Assembly (NCBI RefSeq): GCF_036971445.1
Contig: NC_091475.1
Location: 157,170,001 to 157,234,000, forward strand
DNA: 64,000 nucleotides
From: Narcine bancroftii
Lineage: Eukaryota
Direction: 5' to 3'
Shown here in pieces: positions 51,089-63,385 of the stretch; the stretch's first letter is position 1, and each line of letters opens with the position of its first letter. The translations under genes and the position numbers were made by a program. The notes beneath the pieces are model-generated. The model had not been told where the DNA came from. It searched no databases and was given only the letters and a program-made list of their open reading frames with translations.

Positions 51089-52049
51089 GTAGTGTTCTTT
51101 GCCTGTGATGCTTGGGATTAGTCTAAGGGTCTCTGGGTCTTTTTCCTATCTCAGTTACGAAGTGACGGGTTTTTGGCCTAGTGGCTCTAGGAATGCCAAA
51201 AGAGTAGAGAATTAAAACCTTGAAATATTTGTGCCTTTTTCAGTATTATTATTACATATACTGGCCTATTGCAGGTTTAGCTCTTTGTATTCTTTTGCTG
51301 AGACCAGTAGGTCTCAAGGTGGGGGTGGGGGGGATTATATATGTTGTATTGTGTAACAGTGATGTAGACTGCTGAAGTAACGGATTGTTTCTACCCACAA
51401 CTTACATATAATTTGTAACAAGGTCTTTGCTGTAGTCGGCTTGAGTAACATTGTTTATACATTGTTTGCTTTAGTTTGTCTTGTGTAACGATCTTTGTAT
51501 AGCAATCATTACCCATAACAACACAAAGATAATTATGGCCAGACATCCAGCCGCAGAAAGACAATGGTAGCTAAACATCATTGCCTCTGCGCACCCAGTC
51601 CAACAGCAGAAAGATAACGGTGGCACTGAGTCGAGCAACAGGAATAGGTTGATGGAATACAAGGTTGGCTAGACTCATGTAATTAGATTATGAGAATGGT
51701 ATTCAAAAGTGAACGTACACTGTGTTCGGGGTGTGGGGAGGGGGAAATCAGCGATTAGTTCGCTGACCGCCACAGCTTTTGTTTGCAAATAAAAGCTTTA
51801 CCTCTTAAAGAATTTCTGCGTCTCCTGATTATTTGCGAATCTCGGCGCACCGCAACCAAGATTGTGGCAAAAAATAGGCCAGAATATTTTAATGTGCGAT
51901 AAATGTATAACAGAAGTGGAATCAGAACAAGCATTGAAAAGGACACGTCCATGGTGAGTAGAGTCAGGATATGAAATAACGAAACAGGGAGATCCACTGG
52001 TCTGTCAATCATCTGTTGACAGATGGAACCCAGAGGTGCCACCCCATTT

Positions 52050-54240
52050 CCAACCCCTCCCCCCCTCCCAGACTCTCCCCCGGCTCTCCCAAGCCCCCCT
52101 TTCCCGTAGTTCCCCCCAACCCCACCCTCCCCTTTCCCGTAGTTCCCCCCAACCCCACCCTCCCCTTTCCCGTAGTTCCCCCCAACCCCACCCTCCCCTT
52201 TCCCGTAGTTCCCCCCAACCCCACCCTCCCCTTTCCCGTAGTTCCCCCCAACCCCACCCTCCCCTTTCCCGTAGTTCCCCCCAACCCCACCCTCCCCTTT
52301 CCCGTAGTTCCCCCCAACCCCACCCTCCCCTTTCCCGTAGTTCCCCCCAACCCCACCCTCCCCTTTCCCGTAGTTCCCCCCAACCCCACCCTCCCCTTTC
52401 CCGTAGTTCCCCCCAACCCCACCCTCCCCTTTCCCGTAGTTCCCCCCAACCCCACCCTCCCCTTTCCCGTAGTTCCCCCCAACCCCACCCTCCCCTTTCC
52501 CGTAGTTCCCCCCAACCCCACCCTCCCCTTTCCCGTAGTTCCCCCCAACCCCACCCTCCCCTTTCCCGTAGTTCCCCCCAACCCCACCCTCCCCTTTCCC
52601 GTAGTTCCCCCCAACCCCACCCTCCCCTTTCCCGTAGTTCCCCCCAACCCCACCCTCCCCTTTCCCGTAGTTCCCCCCAACCCCACCCTCCCCTTTCCCG
52701 TAGTTCCCCCCAACCCCACCCTCCCCTTTCCCGTAGTTCCCCCCAACCCCACCCTCCCCTTTCCCGTAGTTCCCCCCAACCCCACCCTCCCCTTTCCCGT
52801 AGTCCCTTTCCCGTAGTCCCCTTCCCCCTTCCCCGTAGTTCCCCCAACCTCTCCCTCTCTCCCTCCCCCTTTCCCGTTGCACCAACCCCTCCCTCCCACT
52901 TTCCCGTCCCCCAACCTCTCTCCCGTCCCCCAACCTCTCCCCTCCCCCTTTCCCGTTCCCAACCCCTCCCTCTCCCCCTTTCCCGTCCCCAACCCCTCCC
53001 TCTCCCGTCCCCAACCCCTCCCTCTCCCGTCCCCAACCCCTCCCTCTCCCGTCCCCAACCCCTCCCTCTCCCGTCCCCAACCCCTCCCTCTCCCGTCCCC
53101 AACCCCTCCCTCTCCCGTCCCCAACCCCTCCCTCTCCCGTCCCCAACCCCTCCCTCTCCCGTCCCCAACCCCTCCCTCTCCCGTCCCCAACCCCTCCCTC
53201 TCCCGTCCCCAACCCCTCCCTCTCCCGTCCCCAACCCCTCCCTCTCCCGTCCCCAACCCCTCCCTCTCCCGTCCCCAACCCCTCCCTCTCCCGTCCCCAA
53301 CCCCTCCCTCTCCCCCTTTCCCGTAGTTCCCCCAACCTCTCCCTCTCTCCCTCCCCCTTTCCCGTAGTTCCCCCAACCTCTCCCTCTCTCCCTCCCCCTT
53401 TCCCGTCCCCCAACCTCTCCCCCTTTCCCGTCCCCTCCCCCTTTCCCGTCCCCCAACCTCTCCCCCTCCCCTTTCCCGTCCCCAACCCCTCCCTCTCCCC
53501 CTTTCCCGTAGTCCCCTTCCCCTTTCCCGTAGTTCCCCCAACCCCTCCCTCCCCCTTTCCCGTTCCCCCAACCCCTCCCTCCCCCTTTCCCGTCCCCCCA
53601 ACCCCTCCCTCCCCCTTTCCCGTCCCCCCAACCCCTCCCTCCCCCTTTCCCGTCCCCCCAACCCCTCCCTCCCCCTTTCCCGTCCCCAACCTCTCCCCTC
53701 CCCCTTTACGTCCCCAACCCCTCCCTTTCCCGTAGTTCCCCCAACGTCTCCCTCTCTCCCTCCCCCTTTCCCGTCCCCCAACCTCTCCCCCTCCCCCAAC
53801 CTCTCCCCCTCCCCCAACCACTCCCCCTCCCCCAACCTCTCCCGTCCCCAACCCCTCCCTCCCGTAGTTCCCCCAACCCCTCCCTCCCCCGTTCCCCAAC
53901 CCCTCCCTCCCCCGTTCCCCAACCCCTCCCTCCCCCGTTCCCCAACCCCTCCCTCCCCCGTTCCCCAACCCCTCCCTCCCCCGTTCCCCAACCCCTCCCT
54001 CCCCCGTTCCCCAACCCCTCCCTCCCCCGTTCCCCAACCCCTCCCTCCCCCGTTCCCCAACCCCTCCCTCCCCCGTTCCCCAACCCCTCCCTCCCCCGTT
54101 CCCCAACCCCTCCCTCCCCCTTTCCCGTTCCCCCAACCCCTCCCTCCCCTTTCCCGTTCCCCCAACCCCTCCCTCCCCTTTCCCGTTCCCCCAACCCCTC
54201 CCCCTTTTTCCGTAGTTCCCCCAACCCCCTCCCTCCCCGG
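52050..54240. repeat. Compound C-rich minisatellite
   Basis: 33-bp unit CCCCTTTCCCGTAGTTCCCCCCAACCCCACCCT about 21 times (about 52095-52802), 22-bp unit CCCGTCCCCAACCCCTCCCTCT about 15 times, 23-bp unit about 10 times, plus variants. Confidence 0.97.
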
Positions 54241-54244
54241 CCCT

Positions 54245-54319
54245 CTCTCCCTCCAGCCCCGCCCCCACGTTACCTCTCCCCTGCGCTACCAATGCTGCTC
54301 TCACTTGCTCCGGGTGCCA
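54245..54319 (+). promoter_or_regulatory. PRCP proximal promoter / 5' UTR
   Basis: GC box GCCCCGCCCCC at 54256-66, CCAAT at 54289-93, and a CpG-rich region extending to about 54880. Confidence 0.55.
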
Positions 54320-54478
54320 ATGGCTGCAGGCTGGCTCCTCACGGTTGTCGCCATGGTGATGGCGGCTCCGTGCTTGGCTCCAGCCCCCACTCCATCGCGA
54401 CTGTCCCGCTTGATGAGCGGCCGAGGCACGGCGGAGCCGGGCCGATTCGATTACAAGACTCGCTACTTCCAGCAGAAG
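54320..54478 (+). CDS. PRCP: PRCP (lysosomal Pro-X carboxypeptidase) coding exon 1
   Basis: Signal peptide MAAGWLLTVVAMVMAAPCLA then DYKTRYFQQK, ending at a GTAATG donor; 159 nt. Confidence 0.92.
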
Positions 54479-55329
54479 GTAATGGAGCTGCACGGGCACG
54501 GTATTGAAGGAGGATGTGCGACGCCGGGTTGGATGTAAAGGAGACCCCCTGACACGTGGGCAGAACAGGACGATATCCCCCCCCCCCCACTGAACCACGA
54601 TCGCTCCCGGACAACAGGCTCCAGCTGCGGGCTTGGTTCCTGCCGACCGATCACCACGCTCCCCCACCCCCCGGCTTGGGGCCTGATCCCCACACTCCCC
54701 CCGACTCGGGGCCCGATTCCCGCCCCCCCCTTCCCCGGCTCGGGGCCCGATCCCTACCCCCGCCCCCGGCTCCTGCCCCGCGGACCCGACCCCCATGTTC
54801 CCTCCTGTTTGCCGCAGAATGTTTCCTGGTATTTGAGGCGGAACTGCGGCTCGAACAACCGGCACATCTCTCGTGGCTTTAAAAAAAAACTATTTCAAAC
54901 AATGAACAAAATGTATCTGAAATTTGCAAATGTTACTCCCCAAATAATGACCAAACCACCCACTCACTTCCTGTACTCGGAAGAAAACAAGATCATGGCG
55001 ATGATGTGTTCTAACTTCCCATTATATTTTTAACCGGCCCCGCACTCTGTACCCTGAAGTTGTCGGCAGAAGCGGGTCACGTTTTGATGTAGATGTATTA
55101 GCGAACTTGCCGCCCTTTGGCGATATTGGGAGACGGCGATGCTATTATGTAGTAGATGCCAGATTCGATGACCGGCTCCTTGCATTAGAATGGAGAACTG
55201 ACGCATGAATCGTCTCCTGTTCCAAATAAACCGATCAAAAAATAGCCCCAGTAAATAGCTTGGAAGCAACTCGAAAGAATATTGGGACAGAATCCCCAAA
55301 CTCTACGGATATTTTGTACAAAGCTACCA

Positions 55330-56280
55330 AACACCACAGTTAAACCTCCATTACACCTCTTCATAACCCGACTCCTGTAAGGATTCTATTTCTTTCTCTC
55401 AATTCCTTCACCTCTGTAGCATCTGCTCCCAGAGGGAGCAAAAACTCCAAGATGCCCTTCTTCAAACGAGGTGGTTTTGTGACAGAGTATTTAGAGGTGT
55501 TTTGGGAAGAATTATTAGAGCAGGTTGCGCACAAACATTTTAAAACACAGAATACTTCCAGAGTGCTTTTTAGTTGCAAAAAAGAGCAACAAAGTTGCAG
55601 CACACACCTGGCCTGTGATTTTTGCAGGCGGACAGAACCGTTTTGCTCTCAGAGCTGGAGGCTGTGACGCAGAAAGAAAGGAGACAGAAATCAGTTTCGG
55701 AAGGACAAAGCTGGCAAACTTTTGGAAGACTGCCTGGTCAAAGGAGAAGACTGGCTGTCTGAAAGAAGGAGGATCATCTGAAGAATCCTGAAGGGGGCAA
55801 GTTTCATCAGCAAGTCTGATTAAACAGGAATCAGGTGTGGATGTCCTGGAACAAAAGGAATCTCTCTCTGAAGACCAACAAGAACCCTCCAGTGGGCTAA
55901 CCATTTGCTTGTTAAGCACCAAAGACTGGTGAACTTGGTTAATGCTAACTTCTGTGCACAGAACAAGAATCGCCTGCAACCAATGAGATTGGACTGTGAT
56001 CCAAAGAACTTTTCTAATCTTAAATACACATTACACACACCTGCACTTAGTATTGGAGGAATTAAGTAGGTTAGGTGGGTTAAGTAATAAGTTGAAGTTT
56101 AATTCTGTTTTCTTGTTCAAATATAATTAAAAAACGACTTTTGTTTAAGTAACCCTGTGTTGTGGAGCATTTCTAATGCTGCTGGTTTTTGGGGTCCTCT
56201 GGTCTCCATAACAGTTTCCCCTGAACTGTCATCAACTCGGGCCTCCTGCATCTCCTTTGTTTCCTGTACATCTGCCAATT
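55330..56280 (+). mobile_element. Penelope-like retroelement remnant split by the solo LTR
   Basis: Encodes HYTSS*PDSCKDSISFSQFLHLCSICS..FFKRGGF|P across the LTR, resembling the Penelope RT C-terminal motif. Confidence 0.55.
55478..56213 (+). mobile_element. Solo LTR in PRCP intron 1, nested in a Penelope-like fragment
   Basis: TGT..ACA termini and TSD GTTT at 55474-77 and 56214-17. Shares blocks with 50047-51088. Confidence 0.9.
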
Positions 56281-57037
56281 TTTTAAGCATAACTTGAAAA
56301 AGGGCTAAGCCTGAAACATTTTGCGTCCTAAAGATGCTGCTTGACCTGCTGAGTTTGTCCAGCACTTTTGTGAAGTACACCAAATTCCTAAACCTTTCCT
56401 AATTTGAACTGAATAATCTATTTGATAGCAATTTTTTGAATGGTATTTTTGAGGCTTTAACAGTAAACACAATATTAAAAATGTATTTGTTTATGAGATA
56501 AAACCAAATTTGTGCTTGTTGGCGATTTCACCAGGATATTGGAATACTGAAGATTTTCATGTGCTCAGCACAGATTTTGAATTTGGTTTTGTGAGAAGGG
56601 AGGTGGGGATCATTTTAACTTTGTTGAAAGTATAAAAATGAATTGCATTTGAAAGGAAAGGAAATTTTTGGTGAACTTTGCACCACATGAAACCAGTTTG
56701 ATGCAAATCAACTTTTAAAGACTGTCTCTTCCCCACCCATTTAATGTTCCCTTTGACAGCCACATAATGTAAAACATTCCATGTTCTAAAAAAACCCCAG
56801 CATATTTTCTATCATTCTTGTGGTGTTCCTCCTTAATATATGATGTAACTTCCATCTTGCTCATGTGAATGTCATAACCAGAGCATGTGATTTATTATCG
56901 ACTTTGTTTCAGACATGTGATAAACATTTTTCTTGTATTTTATATTCATGTATTGCACAAATCAATGAAATTAATTAAAAATATAACTAATATTGTAGCT
57001 TTTGTAAGTAAATATGTAAATTTTATTCTTTTAACAG

Positions 57038-57178
57038 ATTGATCACTTTGGATTTGTGGAAGATGATACATTCAAACAAAGGTACCTAATAGCTGACAGA
57101 TATTGGAATCAAGATGGAGGTCCTATTCTTTTCTATACAGGAAACGAAGGAGACATCACATTGTTCTGTAACAATACG
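57038..57178 (+). CDS. PRCP: PRCP coding exon 2
   Basis: AG/GT bounded. Encodes IDHFGFVEDDTFKQRYLIADRYWNQDGGPILFYTGNEGDITLFCNNT (peptidase S28). Confidence 0.97.
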
Positions 57179-57782
57179 GTAAAAACAATTTAATCAGGAC
57201 ATTTTCTTTACCTTTATCTTCATTTCCTCTTGAAATCATTTACTTCAGGTCCTACATTTCATTATTCAATGTTGGTGTTTATTCTGACTCCAATATACGG
57301 TGAACTCTGCCAGTAGCTATTAGCCTGCATTTGAGGGTTTCTTACTGAGTTGGATCCTGTCCTCATTAGAAATTCACATAAATAATTTCTGTGAAAGATT
57401 ACTGGCGAGCAGTTAGGAAAGAGGACTACAGTACTTTATACACTGAGTTGATCCTCATATATACTAATATTGGAAATATATGCCACAATATTGTGAATAT
57501 GAAAAATTATATTTTGTGAATCAGAAGGGGAGATTTTTCTGGGTTAATATTTGGCTGCATTAACATGTACATATAATGTGATTGTTAGAAAAACGGGCAA
57601 TTTTATTGTGCCCAGGTGGTTCGGTTTCCCAGGTGTCGGTTTAGGTAAGCCTCCCCTATCAGCAGGTATACAATGATACTGTAACTTGTTTTTACCATTT
57701 TGAGACCATTGTGCAATTCCTGTTCATTTTATGAAAATGGGAATCCAGTTACAATATGTTTCAATTTGTGCATATCAATTTA

Positions 57783-57990
57783 TGGGGCGGCACGAATAGT
57801 ATATTACAGCGCCAGAGACCCGAGTTCAAATCTCTAAGGTGTACATTCACCCCATGTCTGTGTGGGTTTCCTCTGGGTGCTCCGGATTCCTCCAACTCTA
57901 AAACCTATGGGGCTTGTAGGTTAATTATTTGGGGAGCACCAGCTTGTGGACTGGAAAGGCCTATTACCATGCTGTATTTCTAAAAAAAAA
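57783..57990 (+). mobile_element. tRNA-derived SINE (V-SINE-like), degenerate
   Basis: GGGGCGGCACG head, B-box-like GACCCGAGTTCAAATC, core TGTGGGTTTCCTCTGGGTGCTCCGG, and an A-tail. Confidence 0.7.
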
Positions 57991-59337
57991 TCTAATAAAT
58001 GGACTGTATATTTGCTTTTTTTTTCCCCGTTTTTTCAGTTTCCTACAATTGTTTACTTTCAATTTCTTCCTGTGCTTTAACTTGTTTGATTGTGAACTTC
58101 AATGTGCTATTGTTAGTCATTTGCTTTTATGATTATGGGTTTTACTTTATGGCTTTCACTGTTTTTGTTTGTACTTTTAACTTTTTCAGGTTTTTGATTT
58201 CAGTGATTACAAAGATTGTGGAATTATAATGCAACAAATGCTGGAATAGGACAGCTTTAAAGCAGTGCTTTGCTCATATGTGCTCCTGATATTGCCTATT
58301 CCAGTTATACTTATATCCTAATCCTGCAGTCTACGACACCATTTCCTGTTGGATGTGATGGAGCTGCCTCTTAGTCATGCTTCTCACCAGTGATAACTCT
58401 TTATCCTGGGCAGAGGCGGCAAACAAAGGGAAAGTCAGTAGCTTCAGTCGCATCTATTAGGAGTTGATCTGAGAAAGATGACAAGATGGAGCATCTGTTT
58501 TGCATTTCTGTCTAAACACAGTTCTGAATGCTTCAGTTTTGTCAATAATGCATGCATACTGGGACCCGCTATTGTTCAGGATAAGGATATTCTTGGAGCC
58601 ACCTCACATTAGCTGTTTAATTGTCCCTCATCATTCATGACAAGATGTGGTTGGACTGCACACACTCGCTTTGATTTATTGACTGTGGGACTGCTTAGCT
58701 GTGTGCATTCAATGCTGATTTTGCTGTCTAGTCCTCTACAGCATCGCTGGGCTGGCAACTCGTCAATGTGAGCATGCCTGGGACCATTGAACCAGATTGA
58801 AATCCTGTCTTAATATAATGATAATATAATAATAACAAAGAAATTAAGGTAGCTAGAGGCTACTGTTAGGAACATTTTGAAAATAGTTTCAACCAAAACT
58901 TGCTTTGATGCTAAAGCCCTTGACTGTATTCAGACCATGCCCAATGAACATTTTCCTAAAGGCATTTGCATCAAACTTCATTCTTGTTCATTTTTTCCCC
59001 TAGTTAATTCTATATTTTTTTGAGATGACTATGACTTGCATTTCATGAGAGTGACTGATAAGGAAGTTACCTGGCCAAGTTTCATTGCAAACTTGTGGAG
59101 GTCTTAAATGATCTGTACCCTTGGATGGTTATCTTTTTTTTTTACCTTCCTTAACTGTTATTTAAAGGATTTGCCATCATTAAATCTAGTCCAGTCCAGA
59201 TGTTGCCAGGTTCACTAGTAGGGAAGGTGGAGGCTGATTCAATCTGCACCATCCTGTGAATCAGGGGAACATGTGCTTGATTATGACTTTATTTCTGAAT
59301 GTTTAAAATGACAACTTTAAAAAAATATTTTTTTTAG

Positions 59338-59439
59338 GGTTTTATGTGGGATATCTCCAAAGAACTGGGTGCCATGATGGTGTTTGCTGAACATCGATAT
59401 TATGGAGAGTCTATGCCTTTTGGGAAAAAAACATACAGT
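59338..59439 (+). CDS. PRCP: PRCP coding exon 3 (gene continues beyond the window)
   Basis: AG/GTAAGT bounded. Encodes GFMWDISKELGAMMVFAEHRYYGESMPFGKKTYS. Confidence 0.97.
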
Positions 59440-60882
59440 GTAAGTTGTAAAATTGTGCTTTACAAACTTGTCCATGTATTTTGCAGACAAATATTTTATG
59501 TTTTTTTTTAAGGTACACACAGCCTATCTGTAACTAAAAACCTACAGAAAGATCACCTGAGATTTAATGGCATATATTGAACACTACCGTTAGAAAAATT
59601 TAATAGTGCGAATTAAGTATTACAATGTGCATTATCTTTAGAGAAAAAGAAGCATGGTCTGACTTTTCATGGAAATTGAACAATATGCTTAACATAAGTA
59701 CTTTAAATTAGTTATTTCTTGGAATAGAATAATTCTGAGTGGCTTTAGGGTTTTGATTTTGGAAAATAAGGATAAATACTGTAGTTTATATTTTTGACAT
59801 TGGAGAAATGTCATTCACTTTCCACTTTAGTTTCACAGAATTTTATCCATTGCACATGGTTAATAGAGTTGAACCTACAAAATCATCAATTATTTCTGAA
59901 ACGTCTGGAGCCATTTCATGGTGCTTCTATAAACTTGTATAATTAGTTTGCTTCAGGGTTGGCCTTCTTAATTCAGTATTCATAAATTAATTAGTTCTCT
60001 ATTGAACACAATAACCAAGTTTTTTTTTTAACTCATCAAATTTTCAAATTAGAGAATTGGGTCAATATTTCAAACACATTAGACAGGGAAAGAAATTATT
60101 GCTGGAAATTATGATCGGTCTTATGGAATGCTTGGTGTGTAAAATACAGACGGCAATTTTTTTTTGTTTCCTGAATCTTAGCAGGGCTTTGTCTTTTGCA
60201 ATTGATCATCAACTTTTGCTAAAGAAGAACCAAGCAATTCTAAAAATGTCCATTGAGAAGTGAAAGCTGAATTAGTTTTATGTAAAAGAAAACTAAGGCA
60301 CTTCTGTGCAGTTGACAGCCTGTTTATGGTGACAAACGAGAGCTGAATGTACAGAAACCTCCACCATAAACTTCCTGAATGACTGTGTTTGAAATTAGGT
60401 ATTTAAAACCCAAAAGTAGAATTGTCCTGTTTTACTGCCAAATTCCCACAGGCCTAAAAAGATTTTCTGACGACTTCTCAAGGTAGTAAATTTTAAAATA
60501 CCATGGAAGTAAATTAAATAAAAGAAAAGGAGGGAGCAAAAGAGAATGGGAGCAACAAATCTGAGTAGGCATTAAATGATTGAATATGTGTTCATTCTTT
60601 GTAAGTTTTGATTTTGAAGTTTTTTTTATTTTGCACAATTACTGAAGCATAAATTGTGGAAAAACATAATGTGCAAATAGTGCGGATATGGGTATCTCTG
60701 TCTCTTAATTCTTGGATAATGAATGCAATAGTTCTATGAAATCTTAAGTGGTAAATGATGAGCAAGAATTTTCAGCCAGTTGATCTTTGGAGATCTGCAC
60801 ATGGTAAGAGTTTTTCTTTTACGTTGGAGGCAAGCTTGGGTGGCTCACGATGGATCACAAGTTCTAAGCCAGTCATTCCAAG

Positions 60883-63385
60883 TTTTTTTCTTTGAATATT
60901 TTATTTATTCAACATATATAATAGCAAATAATTAACAATAATATACCATAGTAACATAATAGAATGTTAACAAATATATGCTGAAACTAGATATAAAAAA
61001 CCTAAAATCTAAAAACTAAAAGAAAAAAACTACTACAAATAAAAACTAAATCCCCTATTAGCTCACCCTCCTCCCTAAACTAGTCTAATCCCAAAACTAA
61101 AATATATGATATTTCATTACAAAATGATTACAAATAATTAATTCAGATTGTATCAGTTGAGAGTTCAAAAACATCATAAAATCATTATACTTTCAGGGAA
61201 AATTTCACTGATCAGGAAAAATAAATTAAAAAAAAATCATAATTTTAATTTCATTATTTTATCATACAGACCCCAAATTTTTAACAATAAAGAATATTTA
61301 TCCCTTAAATTATACATAATTTTTTTCTAATGGAATACAACTTTGAATCTCAGCATGCTATCTATCTAATACTAATGAAACATCAGATTTCATATGACAG
61401 TCACACGTTTCCTTGCTATTATTAAAACCAACTTAACAAATTTTAATTCAAAACCTTAGAGCGATAATTTAGGAGAGACACTTTAAAAATTTCCTAACAA
61501 AAGTAATTCAGGGTTTCAAGGGAAGTTCACTCCCATTATCCATTGCAAAAATTTACTAATAGAATCCCAAAAAGGGTTGACCTTTGAACAAGACCATGTA
61601 GAATGAAGAAAAGTTTCAATTTCTGTTGCACATCTAAAACATGGATCCGATAAATTCGATCTCGTTCTACTCAATTTCTGAGGAGTAATACAGTTGGTGT
61701 AAAAAATTATAATGAAGTCATCTCTATCGTACATTAATAGTATTTGTCATAACTTCTTTACACAAGCTTGGCCTGCCTTCTTGATCTATTATGTCCAAAT
61801 CTCATTCCCATCTTTCTTTTGAATTAGGTGACTAATCTTGTAATAATATATATATATGCAATTGAAATAATTTTAAAAATCATTCCATCAACCATAATTT
61901 GTTCCAAATTTGAAGGATTTTAAAAAATAATTTCCAATTCTAGTTTCTCTCTTAAATAAGCCTTCAATTGAAAATAACAAAATAATGTATTACAAAGTAT
62001 TTCAAATTTAATCATTAATTGATCAAAAGACATCAATCTATTATCATAACAGCCCCCAATTTGGAGATTCCTATAAATTAAATAAAAGGATTATGTTTTG
62101 ACAAAATCAATAAGGGATTAATTAATGGTGTTTTTAATGAAAGGATATTTCCATCAATTTTTAATTTAACTTTATTCCAAATATTCAATAAATGTTTTAA
62201 TATTGGATCTTCTTTATCTATTACCCTAGATTTGGAATCCCATGTATAAATAAACTCGTCTGGTCTAACTTCTCCTATCTTATTTAGTTCAATATCCATG
62301 CATGATGGTCTAATTTTAACAAAATTAAAAATTGAAAACCTTTCTGAAAACCTGCTCTGTAATTATTCTTAAAATTGGGAAATTGTTGTCCTCCTTGTTC
62401 ATATTTCCATGTTAATTTTTCTAATGACTTTCTTACCATCTCCCTGTCCAAATAAATTTCCTAACTTGCTTATTTAAATCTTTTTCCATGACGACAATTA
62501 TGGCTATTTCTAAAAAAGGTAGAGATCCATTAAAGCCTACTTCTTATAGACCTATATCTTTGTTAAATGTAAATTATAAAACTGTAGCAAAAGTATTAAC
62601 GAATAGGATTAATTAATATCTTCCCAATTTAATAAACATGGACCAGAAGGGTTTTGTTAAAAATAGACAACTAAAGAGAATATAGTAAGGTTATTAAGTA
62701 TAATTCATTTAGCTCAGAAGAAAGAAGATTTGAGTCTTATTGTAGCTTTAGATAGGTTAGAGTGAAACTTTTTATTTAAGGTGCTAAGTAAATTTGGTTT
62801 TGGTGCAAATTTTATAAATTGTATTATATAGACGTCCTAAAGCTAAAATGATAACAAATGGATGGATATTTCAATCTTTTAATTTAAACAGATCTAGTAG
62901 GCAGGGGTATACTTTAGCTATAGAATCACTTGCACAAAAGATAAGAGATGACCAACAATTAAAGGGATTTGAGATAAATCAGATGCAACATAAAATTATT
63001 TGCTGATAATATACTAGTTTATTTAAATCAACCACAAACATCATTACAAAGACTTTATTGTGAATTGTTAGATTATGGGAAAATTTCAGGATACAAGATA
63101 AATTGAGATAAAAGTGAGGTAATGGAACCCGTAAAAGGAGATTATTCACAATGTAGACAAGCGGTTTGTTTTAAATGGACAGATAAGATTAAGTATTTAG
63201 GTATACGTATTGATACTAATTTGAAAAAAATTATATAAATTATATTCCAATATTTAAAAAGATAGAGGAAGACAAATAAATGGGTGTTTACCAATTATGT
63301 TAATTGGGAGAGTTAATTGTATTAAGATGAATGTTTTTCCACGAATTCAATATTTATTTCAAACTTTTACCTTTAGACATTCCAA
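60883..63385 (-). mobile_element. L1 ORF2 insertion with an inverted 5' segment in PRCP intron 3
   Basis: The minus part (60883 to about 62487) has a poly-A and the C-terminal CFRC..TFLHSTWSC motif. The plus part (about 62488-63385) has RT SYRPISLLN, DQKGFVK and RIQYLFQ. CATTCCAA occurs at both outer flanks. Confidence 0.85.

Larger units (their letters stand above)
45146..51870 (+). mobile_element. Decayed class I (epsilon-like fish) endogenous retrovirus; ends approximate
   Basis: RNase H DSAYAHRVCYLFGAVWTQRG and LKCQAH..GNQAAD. Integrase zinc finger H..CEVC, SSDNGLAF and YHPQSQSMVERING. Env VRR, ARNEIATGLES, NKNVE..YYNQQ, ISD-like NRQALDWFLVEK and CCTFI. G-rich PPT near 51318-51334. Possible Gag start MGGGNS at 45393. 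Confidence 0.85.

Noticed and set aside
52095-52802. Regular 33-bp array as a possible CRISPR
   Set aside because: The units are head-to-tail with no unique spacers, there are no cas genes, and the context is eukaryotic.
51755-54865. Very long Gly/Arg- or Pro-rich ORFs (1036, 718, 483 and 443 aa)
   Set aside because: They are translations of the stop-poor minisatellite, open in several frames on both strands, and the longest overlaps PRCP exon 1 antisense.
50047-56213. One LTR element that captured PRCP exon 1
   Set aside because: Each LTR has its own TSD (GTAG versus GTTT) and they differ in length, so these are two independent insertions.
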